Source: an uncultured Actinomycetota bacterium (lineage in GTDB: Bacteria > Actinomycetota > Actinomycetes > Mycobacteriales > QHCD01). From it: a stretch of 64,000 nt of DNA. Position numbers and translations under genes: made by a program. The stretch lies in the NCBI GenBank assembly GCA_963837545.1, contig CAWINQ010000001.1:1176546-1240545 (forward strand). The letters are read 5' to 3'. Each line of letters begins with the position of its first letter. Position 1 is the first letter of the stretch. Under the pieces are notes generated by a model that worked only from the letters and a program-made list of their open reading frames with translations, did not search any database and had not been told where the DNA came from. This document shows, piece by piece, positions 14,352-26,070 of this stretch.

Positions 14352-14444
14352 GAGGGCCTCCCGTCGTCGGGTTGGAGTGGTGCTGACGTGGGACGACATC
14401 GGCCCGAGCGCGGTCTATTCAGAGTACAGGGGCAGGTGAGCGCG

Positions 14445-15200
14445 CTACCCTACGCCTGCTCCGACGGCCCGTCCTATCCCATAGGTGACCGCGGCGGCAA
14501 ATCCGCCGAGCAGAAGCTGGCGGGCACCACTGTATAGCCAGCTGCGGTTGGTGAATCGCGCGGTCAGCGCGCCGGTGGCGAACAGCCCGACCGCGGACAG
14601 GATCGCCGCCGCGAGGAACGAGGACGCACCGAGCAGATAGGGCAGCAACGGGATGAAAGCCCCCACGGTGAACGCGCAGAACGACGAGAACGCGGCGGTC
14701 CACGGCGAAGGCAGGTCGTCGGGGTCGACACCGAGCTCCTCGCGGGCATGCACCCGCCACGCCTCGTCCGGGTTGGCGGACAGCTGTTCGGCGACCGCGC
14801 GGGCCAGCTCGCGCTCGACTCCGCGGGACTCGTAGAGCTCGGCGAGCTCGCGCATCTCGGCCTCGGGCCGACGGCGGATCTCGTGCTGCTCCACCGAGAT
14901 CTCCGCCCGGGTCAGCTCGGTCTGCGAGGACACCGACGTGTATTCGCCGGTCGCCATCGAGACCGCGCCGGCGACCAGTCCGGCGAGCCCGGTGAGGGTG
15001 ATCGTGTGGGTGGACACCCCGCCGCCGGCGACCCCGGCGATCAACGAGACGTTGGAGACCAGACCGTCCATGACACCGAAGACGGCCGGGCGCAGCCAGC
15101 CGCCGGTGACATCGCGGTGGGAATGGTGGATCTCGGCACCGACCGGATCCGGATCGCTCCCCTGCGTCACCTCGTCCGGGCCACCCGGGTCATGGGTCAT
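14445..15200 (-). CDS. VIT1/CCC1 family Fe/Mn transporter
   Basis: LRPAVFGVMDGLVSN, AGAVSMATGEY and HAREELG motifs. Confidence 0.92.
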   Translation of the reverse strand: MTHDPGGPDEVTQGSDPDPVGAEIHHSHRDVTGGWLRPAVFGVMDGLVSNVSLIAGVAGGGVSTHTITLTGLAGLVAGAVSMATGEYTSVSSQTELTRAEISVEQHEIRRRPEAEMRELAELYESRGVERELARAVAEQLSANPDEAWRVHAREELGVDPDDLPSPWTAAFSSFCAFTVGAFIPLLPYLLGASSFLAAAILSAVGLFATGALTARFTNRSWLYSGARQLLLGGFAAAVTYGIGRAVGAGVG

Positions 15201-16149
15201 CGACACGCGAGGAGGGTACGTCGGGTCCACGCCGGACGCCCGCGGCGGAGTCCTCGCCTGACCCACCCGGCGCATCGTCGGGCGGCCGACCGGATCCGCC
15301 ACCACGGTTCCCGACCAGCTCTGCGGGCTGCTCCCGCGGCCCGCGGTGGGTGAGGAACCACGCCAGCGCGGCCAGGAAGCACAGCAGCGAAACCCAGTCG
15401 TTGAGCCGGAGCCCGGCGATGTGGTTGGCGTGGTCGACGCGCAGGTATTCGATCCACCCCCGGCCCGCCGTGTAGGCCATCACGTAGAGGGCGAACGCCC
15501 TGCCCCGGCCGAGCTGGAAACGCCGGTCGGCCCAGACCACCAGACCTGCGGTCCCGAGATCCCAGAGGCTCTCGTAGAGGAACGTCGGCTGGAAGTGGCC
15601 CAGCACCTCGGGTTTGCCGTCGACCGTGACCGCACTATGGGTGGCCGGGTCGATGTTGTAGATCGTCAGGCCCCACGGCTGTGTCGTCCTGGTGCCGTAG
15701 AGCTCGTTGTTGAACCAGTTGCCGAACCGGCCGAGGGCCTGGGCCACCGCGAGCGCCGGTGCAGCGGCGTCGGCGAACGGCGCCAGCCTGATGCCGCGCC
15801 GGTGCAGCCCGATCCAGGCACCTAGCGCGCCGAAGATGACGGCTCCCCAGATGCCGAGACCACCGTCCCACACCTTGAACGCGTCGATCGGGTGCCGGCC
15901 GGCGCCGAAGTAGAGCTCGGGGTCGGTGATCACGTGGTAGATCCGCGCCCCGACCAGGCCGAACGGCACCGCCCAGACCGCGATGTCGGTCGCCGTACCG
16001 GGCCGGCCGCCGCGGGCCACCCAGCGCCGCTCCAGGATGACGATCCCCAGGATGACGCCGACGATGATGCAGATGGCGTAGGCCCGGATCGGGAACGGCC
16101 CGAGCTGCCACGCGTTGCGCGTGGGGCTCGGCAGATACGCCAGGTTCAC
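15190..16149 (-). CDS. lgt: Prolipoprotein diacylglyceryl transferase
   Basis: GARIYHV, GGLGIWG, GRFGNWFNNELYG and PTFLYE motifs; usual position after trpA. Confidence 0.95.
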   Translation of the reverse strand: MNLAYLPSPTRNAWQLGPFPIRAYAICIIVGVILGIVILERRWVARGGRPGTATDIAVWAVPFGLVGARIYHVITDPELYFGAGRHPIDAFKVWDGGLGIWGAVIFGALGAWIGLHRRGIRLAPFADAAAPALAVAQALGRFGNWFNNELYGTRTTQPWGLTIYNIDPATHSAVTVDGKPEVLGHFQPTFLYESLWDLGTAGLVVWADRRFQLGRGRAFALYVMAYTAGRGWIEYLRVDHANHIAGLRLNDWVSLLCFLAALAWFLTHRGPREQPAELVGNRGGGSGRPPDDAPGGSGEDSAAGVRRGPDVPSSRVDDP

Positions 16150-16222
16150 CCGCCCACCGTACGGTGTCGGCCCACGCCGATCGGCGCTACCTCTGACGCG
16201 CCGCAGCGGATATGGTCCCGGC

Positions 16223-16663
16223 ATGAACCAGGTGGTCCGGGCGGCAGCCGCGCTGCTGACCGACGGACACCACCGGGTGCTGCTGGTGCAGCAGAACTAC
16301 GGCCAGCGCAGATGGGGGCTGCCCGGCGCCGGCATCCGGCCCGGCGACCTCCCCGTGCGGGCCGTGGTCCGCGAGGTCCGCAAGGAGACGGCGCTGGAGA
16401 TCAAGGTCGTCGACCTCGTCGGTCTCTACCACCTGTCCGGTCACGATGCCGAGGGCCACGATGGGCTGCCCGACCTGCTGACCTACGTCTTCGGCTGCAC
16501 GCTGGAGAGCGGCGAGCCGGTGCTCAACGAGGTGGGACGGATCGCCCGGCTCGGGTGGTACGACCTCACCGACGTGCCGACGCCGGCCACGGCGACCGCG
16601 CTGGCCGCCGTGCGCGACGCCGCCGCGGGGCGGTCGGGCGTGGTCGGCGAACTGTCCCGCTGA
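16223..16663 (+). CDS. NUDIX-fold protein with degenerate Nudix box
   Basis: WGLPGAGIRPGDLPVRAVVREVRKETAL; TATGGT-N6-ATG leaderless promoter. Confidence 0.82.
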   Translation: MNQVVRAAAALLTDGHHRVLLVQQNYGQRRWGLPGAGIRPGDLPVRAVVREVRKETALEIKVVDLVGLYHLSGHDAEGHDGLPDLLTYVFGCTLESGEPVLNEVGRIARLGWYDLTDVPTPATATALAAVRDAAAGRSGVVGELSR

Positions 16664-16680
16664 CCGGCTGGACGGCGAGG

Positions 16681-17499
16681 TCAGGCGCGCCCGGCCGGCG
16701 CCGCCCGGCGTACGCCGGCGGCGAGATCGGCGGTGAGGTCGCGCAACGCGGCGAGCCCCGAGGCCGGGTCGGGGGCGTCGAGCAGGCACCGGACGAACGC
16801 CGATCCGACGATCACCGCGTCGGCGAAGGAGGCCACCTCGGCGGCCTGTTCGCCGTTCTTCACCCCGAGTCCGACTCCGACCGGCAGGCCGACGTCGACC
16901 GCCCGGATCCGCCCGACCAGATCCGGCGCGCGGGTGCTGGTCTGCTCGCGGGCACCGGTCACGCCCATCACCGAGGTCGCATAGAGGAAGCCGCGGCTGG
17001 CGGCGGCCGCGGCGGTGATCCGCGCGTCGGTCGAACTCGGCGAGACCAGGAAGACCCGGTCGAGGTCGTGCGCGTCGCTGGCCGCGAGCCAGGAACCGGC
17101 CTCGTCCGGGATCAGGTCGGGCGTGATCAGACCGGCACCCCCGGCCTTCGCCAGCTCCGCGGCGAACCGGTCCACACCGTAGCGGACCACCGGGTTCCAG
17201 TAGGTCATGATCAACGTCGGGACCCCGGTCGCCGCGACCGCCTCGACGGTGCGCAGCACGTCCCGGGTCCGGGTGCCCGCGCGTAGCGCCTGCTCGGCCG
17301 CGGCCTGGATCGTCGGGCCGTCCATGACCGGGTCGCTGTAGGGCAGGCCGACCTCGACGACGTCGACACCCGCATCGACCATGGCGGTGATCGCCTCGAT
17401 ACCGCCCGCCACCGTCGGGAACCCGGCCGGCAGGTAGCCGACGAGCAGCGCCCGGTGCTCGCGCCGGGCCCGCGCGAACGCCTCGGTGAGCCCGCTCAC
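16681..17499 (-). CDS. trpA: Tryptophan synthase alpha chain
   Basis: [27 protein letters not shown] and VIVGS motifs. Confidence 0.96.
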   Translation of the reverse strand: MSGLTEAFARARREHRALLVGYLPAGFPTVAGGIEAITAMVDAGVDVVEVGLPYSDPVMDGPTIQAAAEQALRAGTRTRDVLRTVEAVAATGVPTLIMTYWNPVVRYGVDRFAAELAKAGGAGLITPDLIPDEAGSWLAASDAHDLDRVFLVSPSSTDARITAAAAASRGFLYATSVMGVTGAREQTSTRAPDLVGRIRAVDVGLPVGVGLGVKNGEQAAEVASFADAVIVGSAFVRCLLDAPDPASGLAALRDLTADLAAGVRRAAPAGRA

Positions 17500-18710
17500 C
17501 CGTCCAGCAACCCGAACCAGTGGGCCGCGGTGTCGACGTCCTTGTCGCCGCGGCCGGACAGGTTGACGATGATCAGCCCGTCCGGGCCGAGTTCCCGGCC
17601 GACCTCGAGTGCACCGGCGAGTGCGTGCGCCGACTCGATCGCCGGGATGATCCCCTCGGTGCGGCAGAGCAGCCGGAAGGCCTCCATCGCCTGGGCGTCG
17701 GTCACCGCACGGTAGTCGACCCGGCCGCTGTCGTGCAGGAACGCGTGCTCGGGCCCGACACCGGGGTAGTCCAGCCCGGCCGAGATGGAGTGGCTCTCGA
17801 TGGTCTGGCCGTCCTCGTCCTGCAGCAGGTAGGACGCCGCGCCGTGCAGGACACCCGGCGATCCGCCGGTCAGGGTCGCGGCGTGTCGGTTGCCCTCCAC
17901 GCCCTCGCCGCCGGCCTCGAAACCGAAGAGGCGGACCGACTCGTCGCCGAGGAAGTCGTAGAAGATGCCGATCGCGTTGGACCCGCCGCCGACGCAGGCG
18001 CAGACGGCGTCGGGCAGCCGGCCGACCTGGTCGAGGACCTGCCGGCGGGCCTCGGCGCCGATCACCCGCTGGAAGTCGCGGACGATCATCGGGAACGGGT
18101 GCGGCCCGCCGACCGACCCGATCAGGTAGTGGGTGGTGTCCACGTTGGTCACCCAGTCGCGGAACGCCTCGTTCATCGCGTCCTTGAGGGTGCGCGAGCC
18201 GCTGGTGACCGGGATGACGGTCGCACCGAGGAGCTCCATCCGGGCGACGTTGAGGGCCTGCCGCCTGGTGTCCTCCTCACCCATGTAGATGACGCACTCC
18301 AGATCGAGCAGGGCGCACGCGGTGGCGGTGGCGACGCCGTGCTGACCGGCGCCGGTCTCGGCGATGACCCGGTGCTTGCCCATCCGCTGGGTCAGCAGCG
18401 CCTGGCCGAGGACGTTGTTGATCTTGTGCGCACCGGTGTGGTTGAGGTCCTCCCGCTTGAGCAGGACGGTGCCGCCGCCGGCGTGTGCGGCGAACCGCCG
18501 GGCCTCGGTGAGCATGCTGGGACGCCCGGCGTAGGTGCGCAGCAGGTGCTCGAGCCGGCGGGTGAACTCCGGGTCGGCCTGCGCCTCGCGGTAGGCGGTG
18601 CCCAACTCGTCGAGGGCGGCGATCAGGGCCTCGGGCACGAACCGGCCGCCGTACGGCCCGAAATGGCCGGTCAGGTCCGGCGCCTGCACGGCGGACGGGC
18701 GGTCGGTCAT
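17496..18710 (-). CDS. trpB: Tryptophan synthase beta chain
   Basis: [36 protein letters not shown] and NLSGRGDKD motifs. Confidence 0.98.
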   Translation of the reverse strand: MTDRPSAVQAPDLTGHFGPYGGRFVPEALIAALDELGTAYREAQADPEFTRRLEHLLRTYAGRPSMLTEARRFAAHAGGGTVLLKREDLNHTGAHKINNVLGQALLTQRMGKHRVIAETGAGQHGVATATACALLDLECVIYMGEEDTRRQALNVARMELLGATVIPVTSGSRTLKDAMNEAFRDWVTNVDTTHYLIGSVGGPHPFPMIVRDFQRVIGAEARRQVLDQVGRLPDAVCACVGGGSNAIGIFYDFLGDESVRLFGFEAGGEGVEGNRHAATLTGGSPGVLHGAASYLLQDEDGQTIESHSISAGLDYPGVGPEHAFLHDSGRVDYRAVTDAQAMEAFRLLCRTEGIIPAIESAHALAGALEVGRELGPDGLIIVNLSGRGDKDVDTAAHWFGLLDG

Positions 18711-18720
18711 CTCGTCGGGC

Positions 18721-19530
18721 TCATCTCGTCGGGCGGGGTGTCGCGGGGTGCGATCCCGCGGTCACGAGGTCGGCAACCGCCTGCCGGGGGCTGGCGTTGG
18801 TGACCAGGCCCTCTCCGACCAGGACCGCGTCGGCGCCGGCGGCGGCGTAGCCGATCAGGTCGTGCGGGCCGCGTACGCCGGACTCGGCGATCTTGACGAT
18901 CCGGGTGGGCAGGCCGGGGGCGATGCGCTCGAACACCCCGCGGTCGACCTCCAGGGTGCGCAGGTCGCGGGCGTTGACCCCGATGACCCGGGCGCCCGCC
19001 TCCAACGCGCGGTCGGCCTCGGACTCGTCGTGCACCTCGACGAGCGCGGTCATCCCGAGGGACTCGACCCGCTCGACGAGGCCGACGAGGGCGTTCTGAG
19101 GCAGCGCGGCAACGATCAGCAGCACCAGGTCGGCGCCGTGCGCGCGAGCCTCGTGCACCTGGTAGGAGGAGATGACGAAGTCCTTGCGGAGCAACGGCAC
19201 GGTGACCGCCCGGCGGACCGCGTCGAAGTCCGCGAGCGACCCGTGGAACCGCCGCCCTTCGGTGAGCACGCTGATCACCCGGGCGCCGCCGGCGGCGTAT
19301 TCGCAGGCGAGCGCGGACGGGTCTTCGATCGGCGCCAGCGCACCCCGCGAGGGGCTGGACCGCTTCACCTCGGCGATGACCCCGACACCCGGAGCCCGCA
19401 GCACGGCCATCGCATCGCGCGGCACCGGCCGCGCGGCCGCGATCCGCTTCAGCTCCGCCAGGGGTCGGGCGGCCTCCCGAGCAGCGACGTCTTCGCGGAC
19501 TCCTACGAGGATCTCGTCGAGCACGCTCAC
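18721..19530 (-). CDS. trpC: Indole-3-glycerol phosphate synthase
   Basis: [27 protein letters not shown] and ESG motifs. Confidence 0.96.
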   Translation of the reverse strand: MSVLDEILVGVREDVAAREAARPLAELKRIAAARPVPRDAMAVLRAPGVGVIAEVKRSSPSRGALAPIEDPSALACEYAAGGARVISVLTEGRRFHGSLADFDAVRRAVTVPLLRKDFVISSYQVHEARAHGADLVLLIVAALPQNALVGLVERVESLGMTALVEVHDESEADRALEAGARVIGVNARDLRTLEVDRGVFERIAPGLPTRIVKIAESGVRGPHDLIGYAAAGADAVLVGEGLVTNASPRQAVADLVTAGSHPATPRPTR

Positions 19531-19570
19531 GATGTCTCGTCTTTCCCTGAGGCTGAACGGGTGTCCCATG

Positions 19571-21052
19571 CTAGCCAGGTCTGCCGAGCCAACCGTCCTG
19601 CACCCCTCGGTCCCTCGACCGCCGAGCGGCCGTCATTCCCCCGGCGCCGATCGGCGGCAACGGGGACGTGATCTCCAGGTCCCCCGCCGGCTCGACCGGC
19701 CGCAGCGGCAGCCGGACGACGAAGCCGGCTCCGCCCTCCGGGGCCCGCCCGGCCTGCGCGGTGCCGCCGAGACGGGTCGCGAGACCGTGCACGAGAGCCA
19801 GGCCCACACCGGTACCCACCCGGCGGACCCCCCGATACCGGTCATAGAGCACCGATCGGTCGAAGGCCACCGGAAGGTCCTGCTCGGTCAGCCCCGGCCC
19901 ACCATCGCGTACGGCCAGAACCGCCGCACCGCGGTCGACGGCGAGCGCGAGGACGATCGGCGCACCGGGCGGCGTCACCCGCAGCGCGTTCTCGGCGAGC
20001 CCGTCGATGACCTGCCGGACCCGGGTCGGGTCGGTCATGGTGACCACCTGGTGGTCCGGGACCTCCAGGGCGAACCGGACGCCCTCGGACCCGCACCGGG
20101 CCCGCCACACCGCGCCGGCGTGTCGGGCCAGCTCGGTGAGGTCGACGGGCGCGAGGTCGATCCGGAAGTCCTCGGCGCCGAGCCGGGCCAGATCCAGCAG
20201 GTCGCTGACCAGCCGCTCGAGGCGGCGTGACTCGCCCAGCATCGTGGCACCGACCGGGGCGACGTCCGGGCCGGTCGTCACGCCGTCGGCCAGCGACTCG
20301 GCGAACCCGCTGATCGCGGTGAGCGGGGTACGGAGCTCGTGCGACACCGAGAGCAGGAACTCCCGCTGCCGGCCCTCGCTGCGCTGCAGCGCGGCGGCGA
20401 GCGAGTTCAGCGAGTCGGCGACCTCGGCGACCTCCGCCGGGCCCTCGGGCACCAGCCGCACGTCCCGGGCGCCGGCGGCGAGATCGTGCGCAGCACCCGC
20501 GGCCTTCTGCAGCGGCCGGGCGAGCCGCCGGGCGAGCAGCAGACCGGCGATGACCGCGACCACGAGCCCGATCAACAACGCGAGCAGGGTGCGCCGGAGC
20601 ACCGGGGCGGCCAGGCCGGCCGCGTCGTTCTGGCGCTGCACCAGCACGACGCCGCCCGGACCGGTCGGTCGGGCCTCGACCAGTACGGTGCTGCCGGAGA
20701 CCCGCCGGGTCACCGACAGGTCGCGTCCGGCGAGGACGGTGTTGCGGTCCTGGGCGGTGAGGATCTGCTTGGCCAGCGGGTCGCCGACCACGACGCCGGA
20801 ACGGGTGATCGCCGCGAGCCGGATCTTCTCGGCGGTGAGCAGCCGGACCTGGCGGTGCAGCCGCAGCACTTCGCCCTTCTCCGCCCGCTGCACCGCGACG
20901 GTGGTGGCGAGCGCGGCGAGGCTGCGGCGGGCCTGCCCGAGCGCGGCCGACCGCACCAGGCTGAACGACACCAGGCCGGCCACCACGACGGTGACCACGG
21001 CCACCACGGTGGTCACCAGGGCAACCCGGAACGCCAAGGTCCGCCGGGTCAT
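19571..21052 (-). CDS. Two-component sensor histidine kinase (2 TM, HAMP)
   Basis: SHELRTPL H-box, ENALR N-box, DGGPG and GTGVGL. Confidence 0.93.
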   Translation of the reverse strand: MTRRTLAFRVALVTTVVAVVTVVVAGLVSFSLVRSAALGQARRSLAALATTVAVQRAEKGEVLRLHRQVRLLTAEKIRLAAITRSGVVVGDPLAKQILTAQDRNTVLAGRDLSVTRRVSGSTVLVEARPTGPGGVVLVQRQNDAAGLAAPVLRRTLLALLIGLVVAVIAGLLLARRLARPLQKAAGAAHDLAAGARDVRLVPEGPAEVAEVADSLNSLAAALQRSEGRQREFLLSVSHELRTPLTAISGFAESLADGVTTGPDVAPVGATMLGESRRLERLVSDLLDLARLGAEDFRIDLAPVDLTELARHAGAVWRARCGSEGVRFALEVPDHQVVTMTDPTRVRQVIDGLAENALRVTPPGAPIVLALAVDRGAAVLAVRDGGPGLTEQDLPVAFDRSVLYDRYRGVRRVGTGVGLALVHGLATRLGGTAQAGRAPEGGAGFVVRLPLRPVEPAGDLEITSPLPPIGAGGMTAARRSRDRGVQDGWLGRPG

Positions 21053-21070
21053 CGCGGGGTCATCGTTCGG

Positions 21071-21804
<734 letters not shown>

Positions 21805-21811
<7 letters not shown>

Positions 21812-21852
21812 GGGGTTCGTCATGGGGTTCGTCATGGGGTTCGTCATGGGCT
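21805..21852. repeat. 12-bp tandem repeat x4 containing the start codon (MTNP)n
   Basis: TCGTCATGGGGT repeated at 21805, 21817, 21829 and 21841. Confidence 0.9.
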
Positions 21853-21964
21853 CGTCACCCTCCGCCTTCTCGCTCAGACCGTACGGCGTCACGGTGAACC
21901 CTCCGCCGTCGACCGAGGTCAGCGGGAGGTACGAGCAGTGTTCGAGCATGATCGGCCCGGCCGG

Positions 21965-22696
21965 TCAGCCGGCGGTCGGATCATCCCCGCGGTCGAGCGC
22001 GTCCCACAGCTGCCGGTCCGGCACCGCCCGGTCGGCGGGGTCGGAGGAATTGCCGGCGTCGGTGGAGGGTCCGTCGGTGGGCTGGCCGTCGGTGGAGGGT
22101 CCGTCGGTGGAGGGGCCGTCGGTGGAGGGGCCGGGGGCGGCGCCGGGGGCGGCGCCGACGGCGGCGTGCTCGACCGGGGCGTCGTAGCGGGCGCCCATCG
22201 CCGGCCAGCGCGAGCCGCGCAGCACCGTCAGCGCCCCCGCGGCGGCGAGCAGCAGCGCACCGATCAGCACGACGACCACGGTCCCGCCGTGGGCGGTGGC
22301 CGAGATCCGCGCGTCGGCCGGCACCCCGACCATCGGCCCCGCTTCGGCGAGCAGTGCCTCGGCGCGCGCGGCGGAGACGCCGCCGAGCGCCGAGGCGGCC
22401 CGGACCGCGGCGAGCGCCCCGGCGGCGGTGAGCAGGACGCCGACCACGGCCCGGCCGAGCGCCCGGGTGGCCAGCAGGGCGACGACGCCGGCCAGCCCGA
22501 CGATGCCCAGCGCCGTCAGCAGGGGCTCCGCGGTCGACCCGCTGATCGTGTGGACCAGCGGCGGCAACGGCGGGGTGCGGGTCGCCGTCACGGTGACCCA
22601 CGGCCGACCGGCCAGCACCAGCATCAGCGCGGCCCCGACCACGGCGGCGCCGATCGCCGCCGACAGCTCCCGGCGTCCGGCCGGACGCGTGGTCAC
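21965..22696 (-). CDS. Trp-biosynthesis-associated membrane protein
   Basis: 4 TM segments, WPAMGARY and LWDALDRGDDPT; GTGA overlap with trpE; 15-bp repeats (PSTDG-like x5) at 22057-22131. Confidence 0.9.
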   Translation of the reverse strand: MTTRPAGRRELSAAIGAAVVGAALMLVLAGRPWVTVTATRTPPLPPLVHTISGSTAEPLLTALGIVGLAGVVALLATRALGRAVVGVLLTAAGALAAVRAASALGGVSAARAEALLAEAGPMVGVPADARISATAHGGTVVVVLIGALLLAAAGALTVLRGSRWPAMGARYDAPVEHAAVGAAPGAAPGPSTDGPSTDGPSTDGQPTDGPSTDAGNSSDPADRAVPDRQLWDALDRGDDPTAG

Positions 22697-24198
22697 AACG
22701 GTGGGCGCAGCTTCTGCGCGGTCGCGATCGCGCGGAGCACCGCCCGGGCCTTGTTCTGCGACTCGCGCTCCTCCGCGTCCGGGTCGGAGTCGGCGACGAT
22801 CCCGCCCCCGGCCTGCACGTAGGCGACCCCGTCGCGCATCACGGCGGTGCGGATCGCGATCGCCATGTCGAGGTCGCCGGCGAAGTCGAGGTAACCGACG
22901 GTCCCGCCGTAGACCCCGCGCCGTACCGGTTCGAGCTCGTCGATGATCGCCATCGCCCGCGGCTTGGGGGCCCCGGAGAGGGTGCCGGCCGGGAAGCAGG
23001 AGGCGAACACGTCGTACGCGCTGCGGCCCGGTGCGACCTCGCCGACGATCGTCGACACGATGTGCATGACATGGCTGTAGCGCTCGATGCCCATGAAGTC
23101 GATGACGTCGATGCTGCCCGGCACGCAGGCCCGGCCGAGGTCGTTGCGGCCGAGGTCGACCAGCATCACGTGCTCGGCGCGCTCCTTGGGGTCGGCCATC
23201 AGCTCGGCGGCGAGCCGGGCATCCTCCTCCGGTGTATCGCCCCGCCACCGGGTGCCGGCGATCGGGTGCAGCATCGCCCGATCCCCGGTGACCGTCACCA
23301 GCGCCTCGGGCGAGGACCCGACCACGTCGGTGCCGTCCGGCAGCCGCACGAGGTACATGTACGGGCTCGGGTTGGTGGTCCGCAGCACGCGGTAGACGTC
23401 CAGCGGCTCGGCCGTCGTCCGCATCTCGAACCGCTGCGACACCACGACCTGGAACGCCTCGCCGGCCCGGATCTCCTCGATGATCCGGCGTACGGCGGGG
23501 CCGATCCCCTCCGGCGAGTTGGAGGTGTAGCTCGGCTCGGCCGGCTCCAGGACGGCGACCCCGGCCGGCGTCGGCGCGGTGAGCGCGCGACCCATCGCGT
23601 CGAGCCGGGCCACCGCGTCGTCGTAGCACCAGTCGGGGTCCGGCGCTGCGCCGTCGGGGCCGTCCGCGCCCGGGAACGCATTGGCGACCAGGAGAATCGA
23701 CCCGTCGTCGTGGTCGAGCACCGCGAGATCGGTCGAGAGCATCATGGCCAGCTCGGGGAGGCCGAGGTCGTCCTTGGCGAACTCGGGCAGGCGCTCCAGC
23801 CGCCGGACCGCGTCGTACCCGACGTAGCCGACCAGGCCGCCGGTCAACGGCGGCAGGTCGGGCAGCCGCGGCGTCCGGAGCCGTTCGACGGTGAGGCGAA
23901 GCGCCTGGAGCGGGTCGGCGGGCAGGTCGGCGAAGACCGGCTCGCCCAGCCAGGCGGTCCGGCCGTGGCGCTCGGTGAGGACGGAGGGGCAACGGACGCC
24001 GACGAAGGAGTAGCGCGACCAGGACCGGCCGTGCTCGGCCGACTCGAGCAGGAAGGTGCCGGGGCCGCCGGCGAGCTTGCGGTAGACCCCGATCGGCGTC
24101 TCGCTGTCGGCGAGCAGGCGGCGGGTCACCGGGATCACCCGGTGGGTTGCGGCGAGCTCCCGGAACTCGTCCCGGGCCGGGGCCGCGGGCGCGGTCAC
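22693..24198 (-). CDS. trpE: Anthranilate synthase component I
   Basis: [45 protein letters not shown] and AIAIRT motifs. Confidence 0.96.
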   Translation of the reverse strand: MTAPAAPARDEFRELAATHRVIPVTRRLLADSETPIGVYRKLAGGPGTFLLESAEHGRSWSRYSFVGVRCPSVLTERHGRTAWLGEPVFADLPADPLQALRLTVERLRTPRLPDLPPLTGGLVGYVGYDAVRRLERLPEFAKDDLGLPELAMMLSTDLAVLDHDDGSILLVANAFPGADGPDGAAPDPDWCYDDAVARLDAMGRALTAPTPAGVAVLEPAEPSYTSNSPEGIGPAVRRIIEEIRAGEAFQVVVSQRFEMRTTAEPLDVYRVLRTTNPSPYMYLVRLPDGTDVVGSSPEALVTVTGDRAMLHPIAGTRWRGDTPEEDARLAAELMADPKERAEHVMLVDLGRNDLGRACVPGSIDVIDFMGIERYSHVMHIVSTIVGEVAPGRSAYDVFASCFPAGTLSGAPKPRAMAIIDELEPVRRGVYGGTVGYLDFAGDLDMAIAIRTAVMRDGVAYVQAGGGIVADSDPDAEERESQNKARAVLRAIATAQKLRPPL

Positions 24199-24581
24199 GG
24201 CTGCGCGGCGACCGACTCGCCGACCCGGCACGGCAGGACGGCGGCGTCGAAACAGGTCCGGTCGCCGGTGTGGCAGGCCGCGCCGATCTGGTCGACCTGC
24301 ACCAGCACGGTGTCGCCGTCGCAGTCGAGGGCGACGGACTTGACCCACTGCTGGTGGCCGGACGTCTCCCCCTTGACCCAGTACTCGGACCGGCTGCGGC
24401 TCCAGTAGGTGCACCGGCCCGTGGTCAGGGTGCGGTGCAGGGCCTCGTCGTCCATCCAGCCGACCATCAGCACCTCGCCGGTGTCGTGCTGCTGCGCGAC
24501 GGCGGGGAACAGTCCGTGCTCGTCGCGCTTGAGGCGGCGGGCGACGGCGGGGTCGAGGCGGGACGGGCGGGCGGCGGTCAT
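24195..24581 (-). CDS. hisI: Phosphoribosyl-AMP cyclohydrolase
   Basis: [19 protein letters not shown] and ACHTG...CF motifs. Confidence 0.96.
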   Translation of the reverse strand: MTAARPSRLDPAVARRLKRDEHGLFPAVAQQHDTGEVLMVGWMDDEALHRTLTTGRCTYWSRSRSEYWVKGETSGHQQWVKSVALDCDGDTVLVQVDQIGAACHTGDRTCFDAAVLPCRVGESVAAQP

Positions 24582-24640
24582 GCACCCATTGTGCCGGTCA
24601 GTCATTCGCCCCGATCGCCAGGCATGCCTACGATCGCGCG

Positions 24641-25279
24641 GTGACCACCCACTCCCGCCGTGAACGCGAGGCGCTCTGCGACCTGCTCCTGGAGCTCGGG
24701 CCGCACGCGCCCACCCTGTGCGAAGGCTGGACGACGTCCGACCTCGCCGCCCACCTCGTCGTCCGGGAGCGGTCCCCGCTCGCCGGGCTCGGCATCGTCG
24801 TACCTCCCTTGTCGGGCGCCACGGCGCGGGCGATGGACCGGCTGCGGACGTCGCTGACCTACGACGCGCTCGTCGAACGCGTGCGGCAGGGCCCCCCGCG
24901 CTGGGCGCCGATGGGCGTCACCTCCGGGGTCGAGGCGGCGGCCAACACCAGCGAGATGTTCATCCACCACGAGGACGTCCGCCGCGCGCAGCCGTCCTGG
25001 CAACCGCGCGACCTCGATCCGGGCCTGTCGGCGGTACTGGCCCGACGGCTCGCCTCGGGTGCCCGGCTGATGACCCGCCGCGCGCCGGTCGGCGTACGGT
25101 TCCGGCTCCCGGACGGGACGCTCGCGCAGGGCAAGTCGGGCACCCCCACCGTCACCGTGGCCGGGACCGCCGCCGAACTCACGATGTACGCCTCCGGCCG
25201 GCAACGCGCCGCGAAGGTCGACGTCGACGGCGACGACGCCTCGGTGGCCGCCCTCGCCGGCGCCCGCCTCGGCGTCTGA
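24641..25279 (+). CDS. TIGR03085-like metal-binding protein (mycothiol-dependent maleylpyruvate isomerase/DinB superfamily)
   Basis: [21 protein letters not shown] and [12 protein letters not shown]; TACGAT-N6-GTG. Confidence 0.88.
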   Translation: MTTHSRREREALCDLLLELGPHAPTLCEGWTTSDLAAHLVVRERSPLAGLGIVVPPLSGATARAMDRLRTSLTYDALVERVRQGPPRWAPMGVTSGVEAAANTSEMFIHHEDVRRAQPSWQPRDLDPGLSAVLARRLASGARLMTRRAPVGVRFRLPDGTLAQGKSGTPTVTVAGTAAELTMYASGRQRAAKVDVDGDDASVAALAGARLGV

Positions 25280-25327
25280 CGGCCCGGTCGCCCGGCCGCC
25301 CGGCCGCCCGTCCGACAAACGCCGTCC

Positions 25328-25473
25328 AACAAGCGCACTAGCAGTGCGTTTGTTCGCGGCGGCCGCCATCGCTCCGGCGCCCCCACCACTGCGACAAAAC
25401 CCACTAGTAGTGGGTTTTGGGCACCCCGTACGGCGTGTCGCTGACCAAAACGCACTAGTAGTGGGTTTTGTCG
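25328..25473. repeat. Three related CACT-AG(C/T)-AGTG hairpins; the last two form a doublet with terminal IR (25392-25473)
   Basis: AACAAGCGCACT-AGC-AGTGCGTTTGTT; CAAAACCCACT-AGT-AGTGGGTTTTG; CAAAACGCACT-AGT-AGTGGGTTTTG; outer ends CGACAAAAC/GTTTTGTCG. Confidence 0.88.
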
Positions 25474-25488
25474 GCGGGACGCGCGGGG

Positions 25489-26070
25489 TTAGGGGCGGGC
25501 GTAGTGCAGGGCGTCGGCGGCGACCTCGACCGCGTCGGCGACCCACGGATCGGTCAGCGACCGGTCGTCGACCAGCCGGACCGCGTCCGACGCCCGCTCC
25601 CACAGCGCCACGCAGGTGTCGCCGGTGAACCAGCCCTCGTAGTAGATCCCGTCGGCGGGCGTCGCGTCGTACAGCGCGCGGGCGACCTGCTGGGTAAGGG
25701 CCCGGTCCCGGCTGCGCAGTGCTCCGGCCGGCCGGCCGAGCTCGACCGCGGCGTCCCCGCGGGTGTCGGCCAATCGCAGCGCCCGGGTCGGCTCCAAGAC
25801 CGCGCACCGCTGGCTCGGCAGCGGATCGACCCACCGGTCGTCGCCGAACGCCTCGGCCACCGCGCAGCGCAGGCTCCCGGTGACGTAGAGGACGCCATGG
25901 TGCGGATGCCGCCGCGGCGGTCCGGCCGGGTGGTGGTCGAACCGCCCGGCGCGGTGCGGCCCGAAGTACCGGAACTTCGACCCGTCGGCGTAGAAGCGGG
26001 AGTCATAGATCCGCACCCACCGGCTGCCCGGGGCTACGTCGACCAGCCGCGGAGTGCCCGGGAAGGTCAC
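25489..26070 (-). CDS. RES-domain protein (putative NAD+-targeting toxin)
   Basis: GRFDHH, VLY...AVAEAFG, LRLAD, DGIYY and ALWER; GTGA overlap with the upstream gene. Confidence 0.85.
   Translation of the reverse strand: MTFPGTPRLVDVAPGSRWVRIYDSRFYADGSKFRYFGPHRAGRFDHHPAGPPRRHPHHGVLYVTGSLRCAVAEAFGDDRWVDPLPSQRCAVLEPTRALRLADTRGDAAVELGRPAGALRSRDRALTQQVARALYDATPADGIYYEGWFTGDTCVALWERASDAVRLVDDRSLTDPWVADAVEVAADALHYARP

Noticed and set aside
22057-22131. In-frame tandem repeats in linkers (also ftsZ about 46310-46375, ftsI about 59570-59645, and about 42800-42830)
   Set aside because: Frame-preserving slippage in disordered regions; common and not evidence of a system
25328-25473. Mini-CRISPR (three palindromic repeats of about 25 bp)
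   Set aside because: Repeats are non-identical, spacing is unequal, two form an inverted doublet, and no cas genes are present; REP-like fits better
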